Of a stretch of DNA of 32,000 nt, positions 23,679-32,000 are shown piece after piece; position 1 is the first letter of the stretch; every line of letters begins with the position of its first letter. The stretch lies in assembly GCF_000020385.1 (NCBI RefSeq), contig NC_010814.1:1350001-1382000 (forward strand). The letters are read 5' to 3'. Below the pieces are notes generated by a model, which was not told where the DNA came from, did not search any database, and was given only the letters and a program-made list of their open reading frames with translations. Origin of the DNA: Trichlorobacter lovleyi SZ. GTDB lineage: Bacteria; Desulfobacterota; Desulfuromonadia; Geobacterales; Pseudopelobacteraceae. The translations under genes and the position numbers were made by a program.

Positions 23679-25277
23679 ATGGGGACCAGTTTCAGGTCGC
23701 GCCCTGTGTATCTGGCCGCTTCATGGATGGGGCCGGTTGGACGTTATACAGGCAAGGATCGAGAAGAGCTTACCTTTCTTGAAATGGCCGAGCAGTGTGG
23801 ACAGGTCTTTGCCGGAAGCCCGGTGCGCCGTCGACATATTGATGCCGTTGTGGTTGGTAGTCAGAACCCGGCTGCTTTTTCAGGGGTGGATAATACTGCT
23901 GCAAAAATGTCAGGCATTCTAGGTATTTCAGGAGTCAAGTCGGTATTGATCGATACCGCCTCGTCTTCAGGTGCCTCAGCCTTTGAAAATGCCTATCTTG
24001 AAGTGGCATCAGGTCGCCATGACCATGTCCTGGCGATTGCTGTTCAGAAGATGAGTGATGCCTCGACCCTTGAGGCAACACGGATTATTGCAGGTGTGAT
24101 TGATCGTAACGAGGCTGAGTACGGCTTGACCATGCCGGCCTGCGGCGCTCTGGTGGCACGATCACTGCAACTCCGTCTAGGTCTATCCGACCTGGAATGG
24201 TCGGCCTATTCAGCGCTTCTCTCTCAGCGCAGTCATCGCTTTTCAAGCCAGAACCCCGATGCCCATCTGCGACAGCAGCTACCGGTCGAGGAGTACTTCA
24301 GGCAGGTTGCCACGGGTGAAAACTACCGCTACTGGTCACCATTACGTTATCACGATTACTGCCCCATGTCCGACGGTATGGCTGCCGTTATTCTCACCTC
24401 CCGTCCCCAGGAGGTGATGGTGGCAGGACTGGGCAGTGCAACAGATATCCCGACCATTGCTGACCGTCATTACTTTCATTCGTTTCCAGCCACGGTTACG
24501 GCTGCCGGGTATGCTTATGGTATGGCTGGCTTGAGGGATGTCCGGGCGCTTGAGGGGGAACTGCATGTTAACATGCATGACCCTTTTAACGGATTTGGCC
24601 CGATCAATCTGGTCGATCTGGGAATAGTGAGTCGTAACCGGCTTTTTGATGCCCTGCTTGATGATCGTTTGACTGGCCCGGGAGGGGGCTTTCCCACTAA
24701 TCTGACTGGCGGTTTAAAGGGCCGAGGGCATCCTCTGGGGGCCACCGGCATGATCCAGGTGGTTGAGAACCATCGCCTGATTCGTGAAGCCGGTTTTGAG
24801 GCCGGACTTTCACACTCAATTGGCGGTCCTATTAATAATAATGTTGTGATTCTGTTGGAACGCAGTGAACATTATCATAACCGTCCCCATGAACCGTATC
24901 GCCCCTGGGGGCTACCATCGCTCGGACGCCCCAAGCCCAAACAGGTAACCATTGATGCGCTGCTAGCTGAAACGGGGAGTTGTGTTGGGCAGTTTGTGAC
25001 GTCTACGACCCGTTACCATCATAAGACAGGGCAGCCGGAGGTGATTCTGGTGATCGTTGCCTGTCGTTTTCTGGGTGCGAACTATCGCTTTCTCTTTGGT
25101 CTTGACGGCAGTCATGCTCCGCAGTTATCCGGCTTGTCGACGGGGGATGAACTGGCGCTTGAGCGTCAGGCAACGAGCATTACACTGAATCGCCTGCCGG
25201 TACGGCGTCTGTACCAGCGGACCTTGCAAGGTATGCGAGACCTTGCCGAGTCCGGTTGGCGGAGGCTGAAGGGCTAG
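23679..25277 (+). CDS. Thiolase-superfamily protein (SCP-x/DitF-like) with Ser at the nucleophile position and a ~130-aa C-terminal extension
   Basis: VLIDTASSSGASAFENA (canonical ..aC(A/S)SG..A), GGLKGRGHPLGATGM (His loop), SIGGP. GGAGAGGAGG RBS precedes ATG 23679. Confidence 0.65.
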   Translation: MGTSFRSRPVYLAASWMGPVGRYTGKDREELTFLEMAEQCGQVFAGSPVRRRHIDAVVVGSQNPAAFSGVDNTAAKMSGILGISGVKSVLIDTASSSGASAFENAYLEVASGRHDHVLAIAVQKMSDASTLEATRIIAGVIDRNEAEYGLTMPACGALVARSLQLRLGLSDLEWSAYSALLSQRSHRFSSQNPDAHLRQQLPVEEYFRQVATGENYRYWSPLRYHDYCPMSDGMAAVILTSRPQEVMVAGLGSATDIPTIADRHYFHSFPATVTAAGYAYGMAGLRDVRALEGELHVNMHDPFNGFGPINLVDLGIVSRNRLFDALLDDRLTGPGGGFPTNLTGGLKGRGHPLGATGMIQVVENHRLIREAGFEAGLSHSIGGPINNNVVILLERSEHYHNRPHEPYRPWGLPSLGRPKPKQVTIDALLAETGSCVGQFVTSTTRYHHKTGQPEVILVIVACRFLGANYRFLFGLDGSHAPQLSGLSTGDELALERQATSITLNRLPVRRLYQRTLQGMRDLAESGWRRLKG

Positions 25278-25290
25278 TTGTCTCCAGGGG

Positions 25291-25319
25291 TTGATTTTTG
25301 TCAGCTGGATTGTTATAGT
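25291..25319 (+). promoter_or_regulatory. Sigma70-like promoter candidate for rpoH
   Basis: TTGATT (25291-25296), 17-nt spacer, TATAGT (25314-25319). A second weaker pair is TTAGCA (25321-25326), 18 nt, TAAAAT (25345-25350). Confidence 0.4.
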
Positions 25320-25371
25320 TTTAGCAGTCTTGTGTGTCGAGTGCTAAAATCTGGGGGCGAGGTGATCTGCC

Positions 25372-26229
25372 ATGTATGCCGCTATTCCGGTTACAACAGA
25401 TAGTTTTTCAAAATATCTGTCTGAAATAAAATCTTTTCCACTGCTTGATGAGCAGGAGGAACATCGCTTGGCTGTGCGCCTGTTTGAAGAGAATGATTTG
25501 AGTGCTGCGCAGACTCTGATTACGTCAAACCTGCGCTTTGTTGTAAAGATAGCTGCTGAGTACCGTAACTACGGACTTAAGATGCTGGACTTGATTCAGG
25601 AGGGTAACATTGGCCTGATGCTGGCGGTGAGAAAGTTTAATCCGTACCGCGGATTCCGTTTGATTACCTATGCTGTGTGGTGGATCAGAGCGCAGATTCA
25701 AAGTTACATTGTTTCTTCATGGAGCCTGCTTAAGATCGGCACAACTCAGGCTCAGCGCAAACTCTTCTTTAAATTGAAGCAGGCGAAGAATGCCATTCTT
25801 AGCATGAACGGTGGCGATGAGGGGGATCTGCCGGCAACTGCGCTTTCGCTTGACGTCCGTGAGGCGGAGGTTGAAGAGATGGAGCTGCGCTTGATGGGCG
25901 AGGTCTCGCTGGATGCGGAGCAGGTCGCTGGTGAAGGTGGGAGTCTTTTGGAGACTCTGGTTGATGACCGTCCCAATCAGGAGAGCCAACTTGCGGATTT
26001 GCAGGAGCAGCAAGCCTTGAGGGTGGTTGTTGCTGATGCCGTGTCACGACTTGGCGAGAAAGAGCAGTTTGTTGTCAAACAGCGAATCGTGGCAGATGAC
26101 CCCATGACGTTGCAGGAGATTGCAGACCACTTTTCAATATCACGTGAGCGCGTCCGCCAGATTGAGGAAAATGCGCTCAGGAAAATCAAGGGCTTTTTAG
26201 GGGCGAGCATGCAACTCCAGCACGTGTAA
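25372..26229 (+). CDS. rpoH: RNA polymerase sigma-32 (heat-shock) factor
   Basis: Region 2 LRFVVKIA..Y...GL...DLIQEGNIGLM.AV.KF.P..G.RL..YA.WWI.A. RpoH box QRKLFFKLK. Region 4 LQEIADHFSISRERVRQIE..AL.K. Confidence 0.9.
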   Translation: MYAAIPVTTDSFSKYLSEIKSFPLLDEQEEHRLAVRLFEENDLSAAQTLITSNLRFVVKIAAEYRNYGLKMLDLIQEGNIGLMLAVRKFNPYRGFRLITYAVWWIRAQIQSYIVSSWSLLKIGTTQAQRKLFFKLKQAKNAILSMNGGDEGDLPATALSLDVREAEVEEMELRLMGEVSLDAEQVAGEGGSLLETLVDDRPNQESQLADLQEQQALRVVVADAVSRLGEKEQFVVKQRIVADDPMTLQEIADHFSISRERVRQIEENALRKIKGFLGASMQLQHV

Positions 26230-26283
26230 GCGGTGGGTTACGTGTGTGAGTCGGTGGGGTTTGAAAAAAAACCAATAAAAAAC

Positions 26284-26312
26284 TTGACAATCTTTTGTCA
26301 CTGCAGTAAAAG
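26284..26312 (+). promoter_or_regulatory. Strong sigma70-like promoter with an A-rich UP-like element for the tRNA-tuf operon
   Basis: TTGACA (26284-26289), 17-nt spacer, TAAAAG (26307-26312). An A-rich tract (GAAAAAAAACCAATAAAAAA) lies immediately upstream. The first tRNA starts at 26340. Confidence 0.55.
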
Positions 26313-26339
26313 CACAAATTCAACGCTTTGCCGAGGATT

Positions 26340-26415
26340 GCTGGCGTAGCTCAATTGGTAGAGCAGCTGACTTGTAATCAGCAGGTTGCGGGTTCGAGTC
26401 CCATCGCCAGCTCCA
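26340..26415 (+). tRNA. tRNA-Thr (anticodon UGU)
   Basis: Acceptor GCTGGCG/CGCCAGC. Anticodon stem GCTGA/TCAGC with loop CTTGTAA. GGTTCGAGTCC T-arm. Encoded CCA. Confidence 0.95.
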
Positions 26416-26443
26416 GTCAAGCAATATAAGCAGTATCATCCCT

Positions 26444-26528
26444 GGAGGGATTCCCGAGCGGCCAAAGGGAACAGACTGTAAATCTGTCGTCGTAGACTTC
26501 GGAGGTTCGAATCCTCCTCCCTCCACCA
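26444..26528 (+). tRNA. tRNA-Tyr (anticodon GUA), long variable arm
   Basis: Acceptor GGAGGGA/TCCCTCC. Anticodon loop CTGTAAA. Long variable arm (CGTCGTAGACTTCG). GGTTCGAATCC T-arm. Encoded CCA. Confidence 0.95.
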
Positions 26529-26637
26529 TACAAGTTCACCGGCTACGATAGGTGGCCCGGATCCAGGAGGCAGATTTATTGTCGCATGAACTGGTCAAGG
26601 GTTCGTTTAGGGTGGCCAAAGCAGTGCATACCGTTGT

Positions 26638-26714
26638 GCGGGAGTAGCTCAGTTGGCTAGAGCATCAGCCTTCCAAGCTGAGGGTCGCGGGTTCGAGTCC
26701 CGTTTCCCGCTCCA
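26638..26714 (+). tRNA. tRNA-Gly (anticodon UCC)
   Basis: Acceptor GCGGGAG/TTCCCGC. Anticodon stem TCAGC/GCTGA with loop CTTCCAA. GGTTCGAGTCC T-arm. Encoded CCA. Confidence 0.95.
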
Positions 26715-26736
26715 ATCTTCATGATATTCGTGAAAT

Positions 26737-26812
<76 letters not shown>

Positions 26813-26904
26813 TTTCTTTAGATGAAATCGTGTAGATGTAGAGAGCGAATGCGCACGCAATTCAAAGATCAGGCAATCAATGTACAAACAGGAGGGACCA
26901 GTCG

Positions 26905-28095
26905 ATGGCCAAGGCTAAATTTGAGCGTAATAAGACGCACGTAAACATCGGAACAATTGGTCACGTTGACCATGGTAAGACCACATTGACCGCAGCGATC
27001 ACGAAGGTGCTTGCTGGCAAGGGTCAGGCCGAATACAAGGCGTTTGATCAGATTGACAACGCCCCTGAAGAGCGTGAGCGTGGTATCACCATTGCTACTG
27101 CCCACGTTGAATATGAGACCGACAAGCGCCACTATGCTCACGTCGACTGCCCTGGTCACGCTGACTACGTCAAGAACATGATCACCGGTGCAGCACAGAT
27201 GGACGGTGCCATTCTGGTTGTATCTGCAGCAGACGGCCCGATGCCCCAGACTCGCGAGCACATCCTGCTTGCCCGTCAGGTAGGCGTACCTTATATTGTT
27301 GTCTTCCTGAACAAGGCAGACATGGTCGACGACGCTGAGCTGCTTGAGCTGGTTGAACTGGAAATCCGTGAACTGCTTTCCAGCTACGACTTCCCGGGTG
27401 ACGATATTCCAATCATCAAAGGTTCTGCTCTGAAGGCCCTCAACGGCGACAAGGACGAGCTGGGCGAAGACTCAGTCAATGCACTGATGGAGGCTGTTGA
27501 CAGCTACATCCCGGATCCTGAGCGTGCTATTGACCGTCCGTTCCTGATGCCGGTAGAAGACGTCTTCTCCATCTCCGGTCGTGGTACTGTTGCCACCGGT
27601 CGTGTTGAGCGCGGTATTGTAAAGGTTGGCGAAGAAATCGAAATCGTCGGCATCAAAGCCACCGCCAAGACCACCGTAACCGGTGTAGAAATGTTCCGCA
27701 AGCTGCTTGACCAAGGTCAGGCTGGCGACAACATCGGCGCCCTGCTGCGTGGTGTTAAGCGTGAAGACATCGAGCGTGGTCAGGTGCTTGCCAAGCCCGG
27801 CAGCATCACTCCGCACACCAAGTTCAAGGCAGAAGCCTACATTCTCACCAAAGAAGAAGGTGGTCGTCACACCCCATTCTTTAACGGCTATCGTCCGCAG
27901 TTCTACTTCCGCACCACTGACGTAACCGGTGTGGCTGAGCTGCCTGCGGGCACCGAGATGGTAATGCCTGGTGACAACATTGCCATGACCGTAAACCTGA
28001 TCACCCCGATCGCCATGGACGAAGGTCTTCGCTTCGCCATCCGTGAAGGTGGTCGTACCGTAGGCGCCGGCGTCGTCAGCGCAATTATCGAGTAA
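26905..28095 (+). CDS. tuf: Elongation factor Tu
   Basis: [36 protein letters not shown] and NKADMV motifs over the full 396 aa. GGAGGG RBS. Confidence 0.98.
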   Translation: MAKAKFERNKTHVNIGTIGHVDHGKTTLTAAITKVLAGKGQAEYKAFDQIDNAPEERERGITIATAHVEYETDKRHYAHVDCPGHADYVKNMITGAAQMDGAILVVSAADGPMPQTREHILLARQVGVPYIVVFLNKADMVDDAELLELVELEIRELLSSYDFPGDDIPIIKGSALKALNGDKDELGEDSVNALMEAVDSYIPDPERAIDRPFLMPVEDVFSISGRGTVATGRVERGIVKVGEEIEIVGIKATAKTTVTGVEMFRKLLDQGQAGDNIGALLRGVKREDIERGQVLAKPGSITPHTKFKAEAYILTKEEGGRHTPFFNGYRPQFYFRTTDVTGVAELPAGTEMVMPGDNIAMTVNLITPIAMDEGLRFAIREGGRTVGAGVVSAIIE

Positions 28096-28115
28096 GATAC
28101 AGGATGTGCCGGTGG

Positions 28116-28144
28116 GCGTTGTCTGTCGTAAAGACTGACAACGC
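28116..28144 (+). other. Stem-loop between tuf and rpmG (weak terminator or processing/stability hairpin)
   Basis: GCGTTGTC (28116-28123) pairs with GACAACGC (28137-28144), with an inner GTC/GAC stem. The trailing sequence TTGCTCGCG is not a clean U-tract. Confidence 0.35.
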
Positions 28145-28170
28145 TTGCTCGCGTCTGAAAAGGAAGAGCG

Positions 28171-28320
28171 ATGAGAGACATCATTACCCTTGCATGTACT
28201 GAGTGCAAGCAAAGAAACTACACAACAACCAAGAACAAAAAGATCACTCCTCAAAAGTTGGAGTTCAGTAAATATTGTCGTTTTTGTCGCAAGCATACCC
28301 CCCATAAGGAAACAAAATAA
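28171..28320 (+). CDS. rpmG: 50S ribosomal protein L33 (Cys4 zinc-ribbon form)
   Basis: Not in the ORF track (49 aa). My translation: [58 protein letters not shown] precedes the ATG. Canonical position between tuf and tRNA-Trp/secE. Confidence 0.9.
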   Translation: MRDIITLACTECKQRNYTTTKNKKITPQKLEFSKYCRFCRKHTPHKETK

Positions 28321-28338
28321 GGGTAGCGACATAGTTGC

Positions 28339-28415
28339 AGGCCAGTAGCTCTAATTGGTAGAGCGCCGGTCTCCAAAACCGGATGTTGGGGGTTCGAATC
28401 CCTCCTGGCCTGCCA
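28339..28415 (+). tRNA. tRNA-Trp (anticodon CCA)
   Basis: Acceptor AGGCCAG/CTGGCCT. Anticodon stem CCGGT/ACCGG with loop CTCCAAA. GGTTCGAATCC T-arm. Encoded CCA. Confidence 0.95.
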
Positions 28416-28483
28416 TTTACTTTTAGTCTTGAGTGTTGATTCGTCATGCAGTTGTATGTCAGACGCATTTTCAGGAGAGTATT

Positions 28484-28666
28484 GTGCAGAATGTGAAGAC
28501 ATTTTTCGAGTCAGTTAAACTCGAGCTAAGCAAGGTGACCTGGCCGACGCGCAAGGAAACTGTTGCTACAACCGGTGTGGTGATCATGATTGTATTTATG
28601 GTCTCTATATATCTCGGTTTGTGTGATGTGGTCCTGTCCAAGCTAATGCGCTTGGTATTGGGATAA
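28484..28666 (+). CDS. secE: Preprotein translocase subunit SecE
   Basis: FFESVKLELSKVTWPTRKETVATTGVVIMIVFMVSIYLGLCDVVLSKL is the single-TM SecE signature. GTG 28484 sits 6 nt after AGGAGAG. The ORF-track start 28433 lies 18 nt downstream of the end of tRNA-Trp (28415) and has no ribosome-binding site, so the upstream extension is unsupported. Confidence 0.85.
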   Translation: MQNVKTFFESVKLELSKVTWPTRKETVATTGVVIMIVFMVSIYLGLCDVVLSKLMRLVLG

Positions 28667-28679
28667 CGGGAATTAAACT

Positions 28680-29207
28680 ATGAGCCAGAAATGGTATGGC
28701 GTACATACATATTCAGGATATGAAAATAAAGTCCGCCTCAATCTGACTGAGCGCGTCAAAAACGAGAAGATGGAGGATCTCTTTGGTGAGATTCTGATTC
28801 CCTCGGAGACTGTAGTTGAGCTCAAGAAGGGCGAGAAGAAGACTTCATCGCGTAAGTTCTTCCCGGGTTATATTCTGATTAAGATGGAGCTGACTGACGA
28901 GACATGGCATATCGTTAAGGAAACTGCCAAGGTTACCGGCTTTGTTGGTGGCAATACTCCTTTTCCCATTCCTGACGAAGAAGTTAACAAGATTGCCCGC
29001 AGGATGGAAGAAGGGGCTGAAAAACCACGCCCCAAGGTTGAATTTGATGTGGGTGAAACCGTTCGTGTCGTTGACGGACCGTTCCTGAACTTTACCGGGG
29101 TGATTGAAGATGTTAAGCCGGACAAAGGCAAGCTGCGTGTTGCTGTAACAATTTTCGGACGTTCTACTCCAGTTGAGCTGGAGTTTATGCAGGTAGAGAA
29201 GTGCTGA
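28680..29207 (+). CDS. nusG: Transcription termination/antitermination factor NusG
   Basis: KWY.VHTYSGYENKV NGN domain and C-terminal KOW (GE.VRV.DGPF..F.G.IE.V). Confidence 0.95.
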   Translation: MSQKWYGVHTYSGYENKVRLNLTERVKNEKMEDLFGEILIPSETVVELKKGEKKTSSRKFFPGYILIKMELTDETWHIVKETAKVTGFVGGNTPFPIPDEEVNKIARRMEEGAEKPRPKVEFDVGETVRVVDGPFLNFTGVIEDVKPDKGKLRVAVTIFGRSTPVELEFMQVEKC

Positions 29208-29261
29208 CAAAATCCGTCATCTTTTGTTGAAGACGGTACGTAATAAAAGGAGTGCATCCCA

Positions 29262-29687
29262 ATGGCTAAGAAAATTACCGGCTACATAAAACTGCAAATT
29301 CCCGCGGGCAAGGCTAACCCCTCGCCGCCTATCGGACCTGCTCTCGGTCAGCATGGTGTCAATATCATGGAATTTTGCAAGGCTTTTAACGCTAAGACAC
29401 AGGCCGATGAAGGTACAATTACACCAGTAGTCATAACTGTCTACGCAGACCGGTCTTTTTCTTTTATTACCAAAACTCCTCCGGTACCGGTTTTGATCAA
29501 GAAGACGATTGGTATTGAGAGTGGTTCAAGTGTGCCGAACAAGAACAAGGTCGGTAAACTGACCAAGGCTCAGGTAGAAGAGATTGCCAAGAAGAAAATG
29601 CCGGATCTGAACGCCGCCTCTGTTGAAGCAGCCATGCGGACAGTAGAGGGTACTGCTCGTTCCATGGGTGTAGATATTGTAGAGTAA
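29262..29687 (+). CDS. rplK: 50S ribosomal protein L11
   Basis: [43 protein letters not shown]. Confidence 0.97.
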   Translation: MAKKITGYIKLQIPAGKANPSPPIGPALGQHGVNIMEFCKAFNAKTQADEGTITPVVITVYADRSFSFITKTPPVPVLIKKTIGIESGSSVPNKNKVGKLTKAQVEEIAKKKMPDLNAASVEAAMRTVEGTARSMGVDIVE

Positions 29688-29733
29688 GATTGGCTTTTGC
29701 CGAGGAAACAGAGTTCAGTAGGAGAGGACGGAC

Positions 29734-30435
29734 ATGTCAAAGAGTACAAAAAAACATAGCGCCGCAATGACCAAAGTTGACCGTAGTACGGTTTATCCCC
29801 TCAAGACAGCGGTCGAAGTGGTAAAAGATACTGCTTATGCCAAGTTTGATGAGACAGTTGATGTAGCGGTCAAGCTGGGTGTTGATCCTCGTCATGCCGA
29901 TCAAATGGTGCGTGGTGCGGTTGTTCTGCCTAATGGACTGGGTAAGAATGTACGGGTGCTGGTATTTGCCAAAGGCGAGAAGGAAAAGGAAGCTCTGGAT
30001 GCTGGTGCCGATTATGTTGGCGCAGATGATCTGGTGGCTAAAATTCAGGAGGGTTGGTTCGAATTTGATACCGCCATAGCTACTCCTGATATGATGGGAG
30101 TTGTTGGCAAGATCGGTAAACTTCTCGGCCCTCGCGGTTTGATGCCTAACCCCAAGGTAGGTACTGTTACTTTTGAAGTTGGTCGCGCAGTAAAAGAGTC
30201 AAAGGCCGGTAAGGTTGAATTCCGTGTGGAGAAGGCTGGAATTGTCCATGCACCTATTGGCAAGGTTTCATTTGACGCTGAAAAATTGCAGGGAAACTTG
30301 GTCGCGCTGGTGGAAGCACTGGTAAAAGCCAAACCTTCTGCGGCAAAAGGTACCTATATCAAGAAGATTTCTCTCTCATCAACGATGGGACCTGGAATCA
30401 ACCTTGATATCAGTGATGTAACCGCAAATATATAA
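29734..30435 (+). CDS. rplA: 50S ribosomal protein L1
   Basis: [45 protein letters not shown]. Confidence 0.97.
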   Translation: MSKSTKKHSAAMTKVDRSTVYPLKTAVEVVKDTAYAKFDETVDVAVKLGVDPRHADQMVRGAVVLPNGLGKNVRVLVFAKGEKEKEALDAGADYVGADDLVAKIQEGWFEFDTAIATPDMMGVVGKIGKLLGPRGLMPNPKVGTVTFEVGRAVKESKAGKVEFRVEKAGIVHAPIGKVSFDAEKLQGNLVALVEALVKAKPSAAKGTYIKKISLSSTMGPGINLDISDVTANI

Positions 30436-30586
30436 ACGATTTTAGCCAAAGTCACAGACAGCAGGCGCATGCCAGCATAAAGACGTAGTCGGTCTGCCTG
30501 CCGAGACTTGGGTTCGCAAGACTAACTTGCGCTCCTGACTTTGGCATGGGGATCTCCCCAGAAACCAAAAGAAAGGAGGACGACGC
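30436..30586 (+). promoter_or_regulatory. rplJ (L10) leader, autoregulatory L10/L12-binding RNA structure
   Basis: Perfect 10-bp long-range pairing GCCAAAGTCA (30445-30454) / TGACTTTGGC (30536-30545) encloses about 80 nt. A GGGGATCTCCCC hairpin (30548-30559) lies just before the AAAGGAGGA RBS. Position matches the known L10 leader. Confidence 0.5.
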
Positions 30587-31111
30587 TTGAAAAAATCTGT
30601 CAAGCAGGAACAAGTAACGCAGATGCACGATAAGCTGTTGCGTGCAAAAGCAGTTTTTCTGGCTGACTTCCGCGGAATGAATGTGGATAAGGCTACAACA
30701 CTGCGCAACGAGCTCCGGTCTGCCAGCGTTGAGTACAAGGTGTTCAAGAACACCCTGTTCGATATCGCTGCAAAAGAAACCGAGGCTGCGTGTCTGGCTC
30801 CGTATCTTGCTGGTCCAACAGCGGTAGCTATATCTTATGATGACCCTGTCGGTGCAGCCAAGGTGCTGTCCAAATTCGCCAAGGATTCAAAAGGCGTGTT
30901 TGTACTCAAAGCCGGTGTGCTTTCCGGTAAGGTGATTGATGTTAACCAGATTCAGGCACTTGCAGATCTCCCATCACGGGAAGTGTTGATTGCCAAGATG
31001 CTCGGCTCAATGCAGGCACCAGCTACGAACTTTGTTGGCGTGCTGGCTGCACTGCCCGGCTCACTGGTTCGCGCTCTGGATGCAATCAGGGCAAAAAAAG
31101 AAGGCAACTAG
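30587..31111 (+). CDS. rplJ: 50S ribosomal protein L10
   Basis: TTG start 6 nt after [21 protein letters not shown]...LR..LR......KV.KNTL and PSREVL.AK..G....P motifs. Confidence 0.95.
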   Translation: MKKSVKQEQVTQMHDKLLRAKAVFLADFRGMNVDKATTLRNELRSASVEYKVFKNTLFDIAAKETEAACLAPYLAGPTAVAISYDDPVGAAKVLSKFAKDSKGVFVLKAGVLSGKVIDVNQIQALADLPSREVLIAKMLGSMQAPATNFVGVLAALPGSLVRALDAIRAKKEGN

Positions 31112-31167
31112 AGCTTCTCGTTGTATTAATACTCAATTAAACACTCGATACCTATATGGAGGATATC

Positions 31168-31548
31168 ATGGCTGAAATTACTAAGGCAGACGTAGTTGCA
31201 TTTATTGAGAAGATGACCGTTCTTGAACTGGCCGAGCTGGTTAAGGAGCTGGAAGAAAAGTTCGGTGTGTCTGCAGCTGCTCCTGTTGCTGTTGCTGCTG
31301 CTGCTCCTGCTGCCGCTGCTGAGGCTGCTGAAGAGAAGACCGAGTTTGATGTTATTCTGAAGAGTGCTGGTGCCAACAAGATCAACGTGATCAAGGTTGT
31401 ACGTACTCTGACCAGCTTGGGCCTGAAAGAAGCAAAGGATCTGGTTGACGGTGCACCAAGCCCCGTAAAGACCGGTATTTCCAAGGCTGAGGCTGAAGAA
31501 GCTCAGAAGCAACTGGTTGAAGCTGGCGCAGAAGTAGAAATCAAATAG
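31168..31548 (+). CDS. rplL: 50S ribosomal protein L7/L12
   Basis: [34 protein letters not shown], an Ala-rich hinge, and C-terminal [24 protein letters not shown] 31168 follows GGAGGA; the ORF-track start 31156 is unlikely. Confidence 0.95.
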   Translation: MAEITKADVVAFIEKMTVLELAELVKELEEKFGVSAAAPVAVAAAAPAAAAEAAEEKTEFDVILKSAGANKINVIKVVRTLTSLGLKEAKDLVDGAPSPVKTGISKAEAEEAQKQLVEAGAEVEIK

Positions 31549-31571
31549 TTGCGCAGTGCAATACCTGCAGG

Positions 31572-31602
31572 AAGCCAAGGTCGCCTGGTGCGGCCTTGGC
31601 TT
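31572..31602 (+). terminator. rplL-rpoB intergenic attenuator/terminator hairpin
   Basis: 13-bp stem AAGCCAAGGTCGC (31572-31584) / GCGGCCTTGGCTT (31590-31602) with one G.T pair and a 5-nt loop, followed by GTCCTGTTTTGTT. Confidence 0.65.
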
Positions 31603-31712
31603 GTCCTGTTTTGTTAATTCCTCCTGGCATGTGACCTGAGATTTAATTTATTTAAATCAATGGGTTGCGTGCTGATGTCTGTTCTTTTATGCTACTTGCC
31701 GAAGGAGAAGGT

Positions 31713-32000
31713 ATGGCCTACTCGATCGCCAACAACCACCTGCTGCGCAAAAACTTTGCCACTATCAAGAATATCATTGATATCCCTAACCTGATTGACA
31801 TTCAGAAAAACTCCTACCGTCGTTTTTTGCAGTCTGACGTCCCGTTGGACTTGCGTAAAAACATCGGTCTTGAAGCTGTTTTTCGGTCTGTTTTTCCTAT
31901 AAAGGACTTCAGCGAAACATCATCGTTGGAGTATGTCTCCTATACGCTGAGTAAGCCCAAGTATGATGTTGAGGAATGCCATCAACGGGGTATGACCTAT
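31713..32000 (+). CDS. rpoB: DNA-directed RNA polymerase beta subunit, N-terminal 96 codons (continues off-window)
   Basis: GAAGGAGAAG RBS. My translation: [40 protein letters not shown]...ECHQRGMTY, the canonical RpoB N-terminus. Confidence 0.95.
   Translation, partial: MAYSIANNHLLRKNFATIKNIIDIPNLIDIQKNSYRRFLQSDVPLDLRKNIGLEAVFRSVFPIKDFSETSSLEYVSYTLSKPKYDVEECHQRGMTY

Noticed and set aside
26229-26262. Imperfect inverted repeat ACGTGTAA...TTACGTGT just after the rpoH stop as a terminator
   Set aside because: The stem needs two G.T wobbles and is not followed by a U-tract. The A-rich tract after it is better explained as the UP-like element of the tRNA promoter.
27472-28332. 286-aa minus-strand ORF antisense to tuf, plus a 130-aa ORF at 26869..27261
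   Set aside because: EF-Tu on the plus strand is unambiguous. The long antisense frames reflect codon bias in a highly expressed gene.
29208-29261. Hairpin CCGTC...GACGG in the nusG-rplK spacer as an L11 operon leader or terminator
   Set aside because: It has only 5 bp of pairing with an internal mismatch. That is too weak to call from sequence alone.

Overview
Chromosomal window that looks like a Geobacter/Desulfuromonadales-type deltaproteobacterium. This is an inference from a c7-polymer dodecahaem cytochrome, dense GGDEF/HDOD/PAS signalling genes and the gene order; I ran no database search. I support about 41 protein genes (two cut by the window edges), 5 tRNAs, and several promoter-like, terminator and leader elements. 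I found no rRNA, CRISPR array, transposase, integrase or obvious prophage or defence content. Layout: (i) 0-3.6 kb holds small enzymes (SGNH lipase, GGDEF cyclase, two cupins, an alpha/beta hydrolase). (ii) 3.6-9.8 kb is an accessory signalling region: a stand-alone RsbR_N-like+PAS sensor, an EamA transporter, a histidine-kinase core lacking the phospho-His, orphan cheD, a small ORF, HDOD, a pseudo-receiver-GGDDF protein and an FN3 lipoprotein. (iii) 10-11 kb holds a 12-haem cytochrome built from four tandem c7 modules. (iv) 11-26 kb is mostly housekeeping: nadC-birA-coaX, an EF-G paralogue, a SPOR protein, a repeat protein plus MglA-like degenerate GTPase plus mgtC, an ICMT-like methyltransferase, a CMP-kinase-like/BON protein, a PHP phosphoesterase, an nth-like gene, a beta-hydroxyacid dehydrogenase, a thiolase-like protein and rpoH. 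(v) 26.3-32 kb is the conserved tRNA(Thr-Tyr-Gly-Thr)-tuf-rpmG-tRNA(Trp)-secE-nusG-rplK-rplA-rplJ-rplL-rpoB block. The best candidates for something undescribed are two. First, the 5.5-9.1 kb cassette, where the canonical His-Asp phosphotransfer residues are missing from both kinase and receiver, coupled to an orphan CheD. Second, the 17-19.5 kb module, where an MglA-family GTPase with degenerate P-loop, switch and NKxD motifs sits between a helical-repeat protein and an ATGA-coupled mgtC, with no MglB. All motif-level statements were read by eye from the supplied translations and need profile alignments to confirm.
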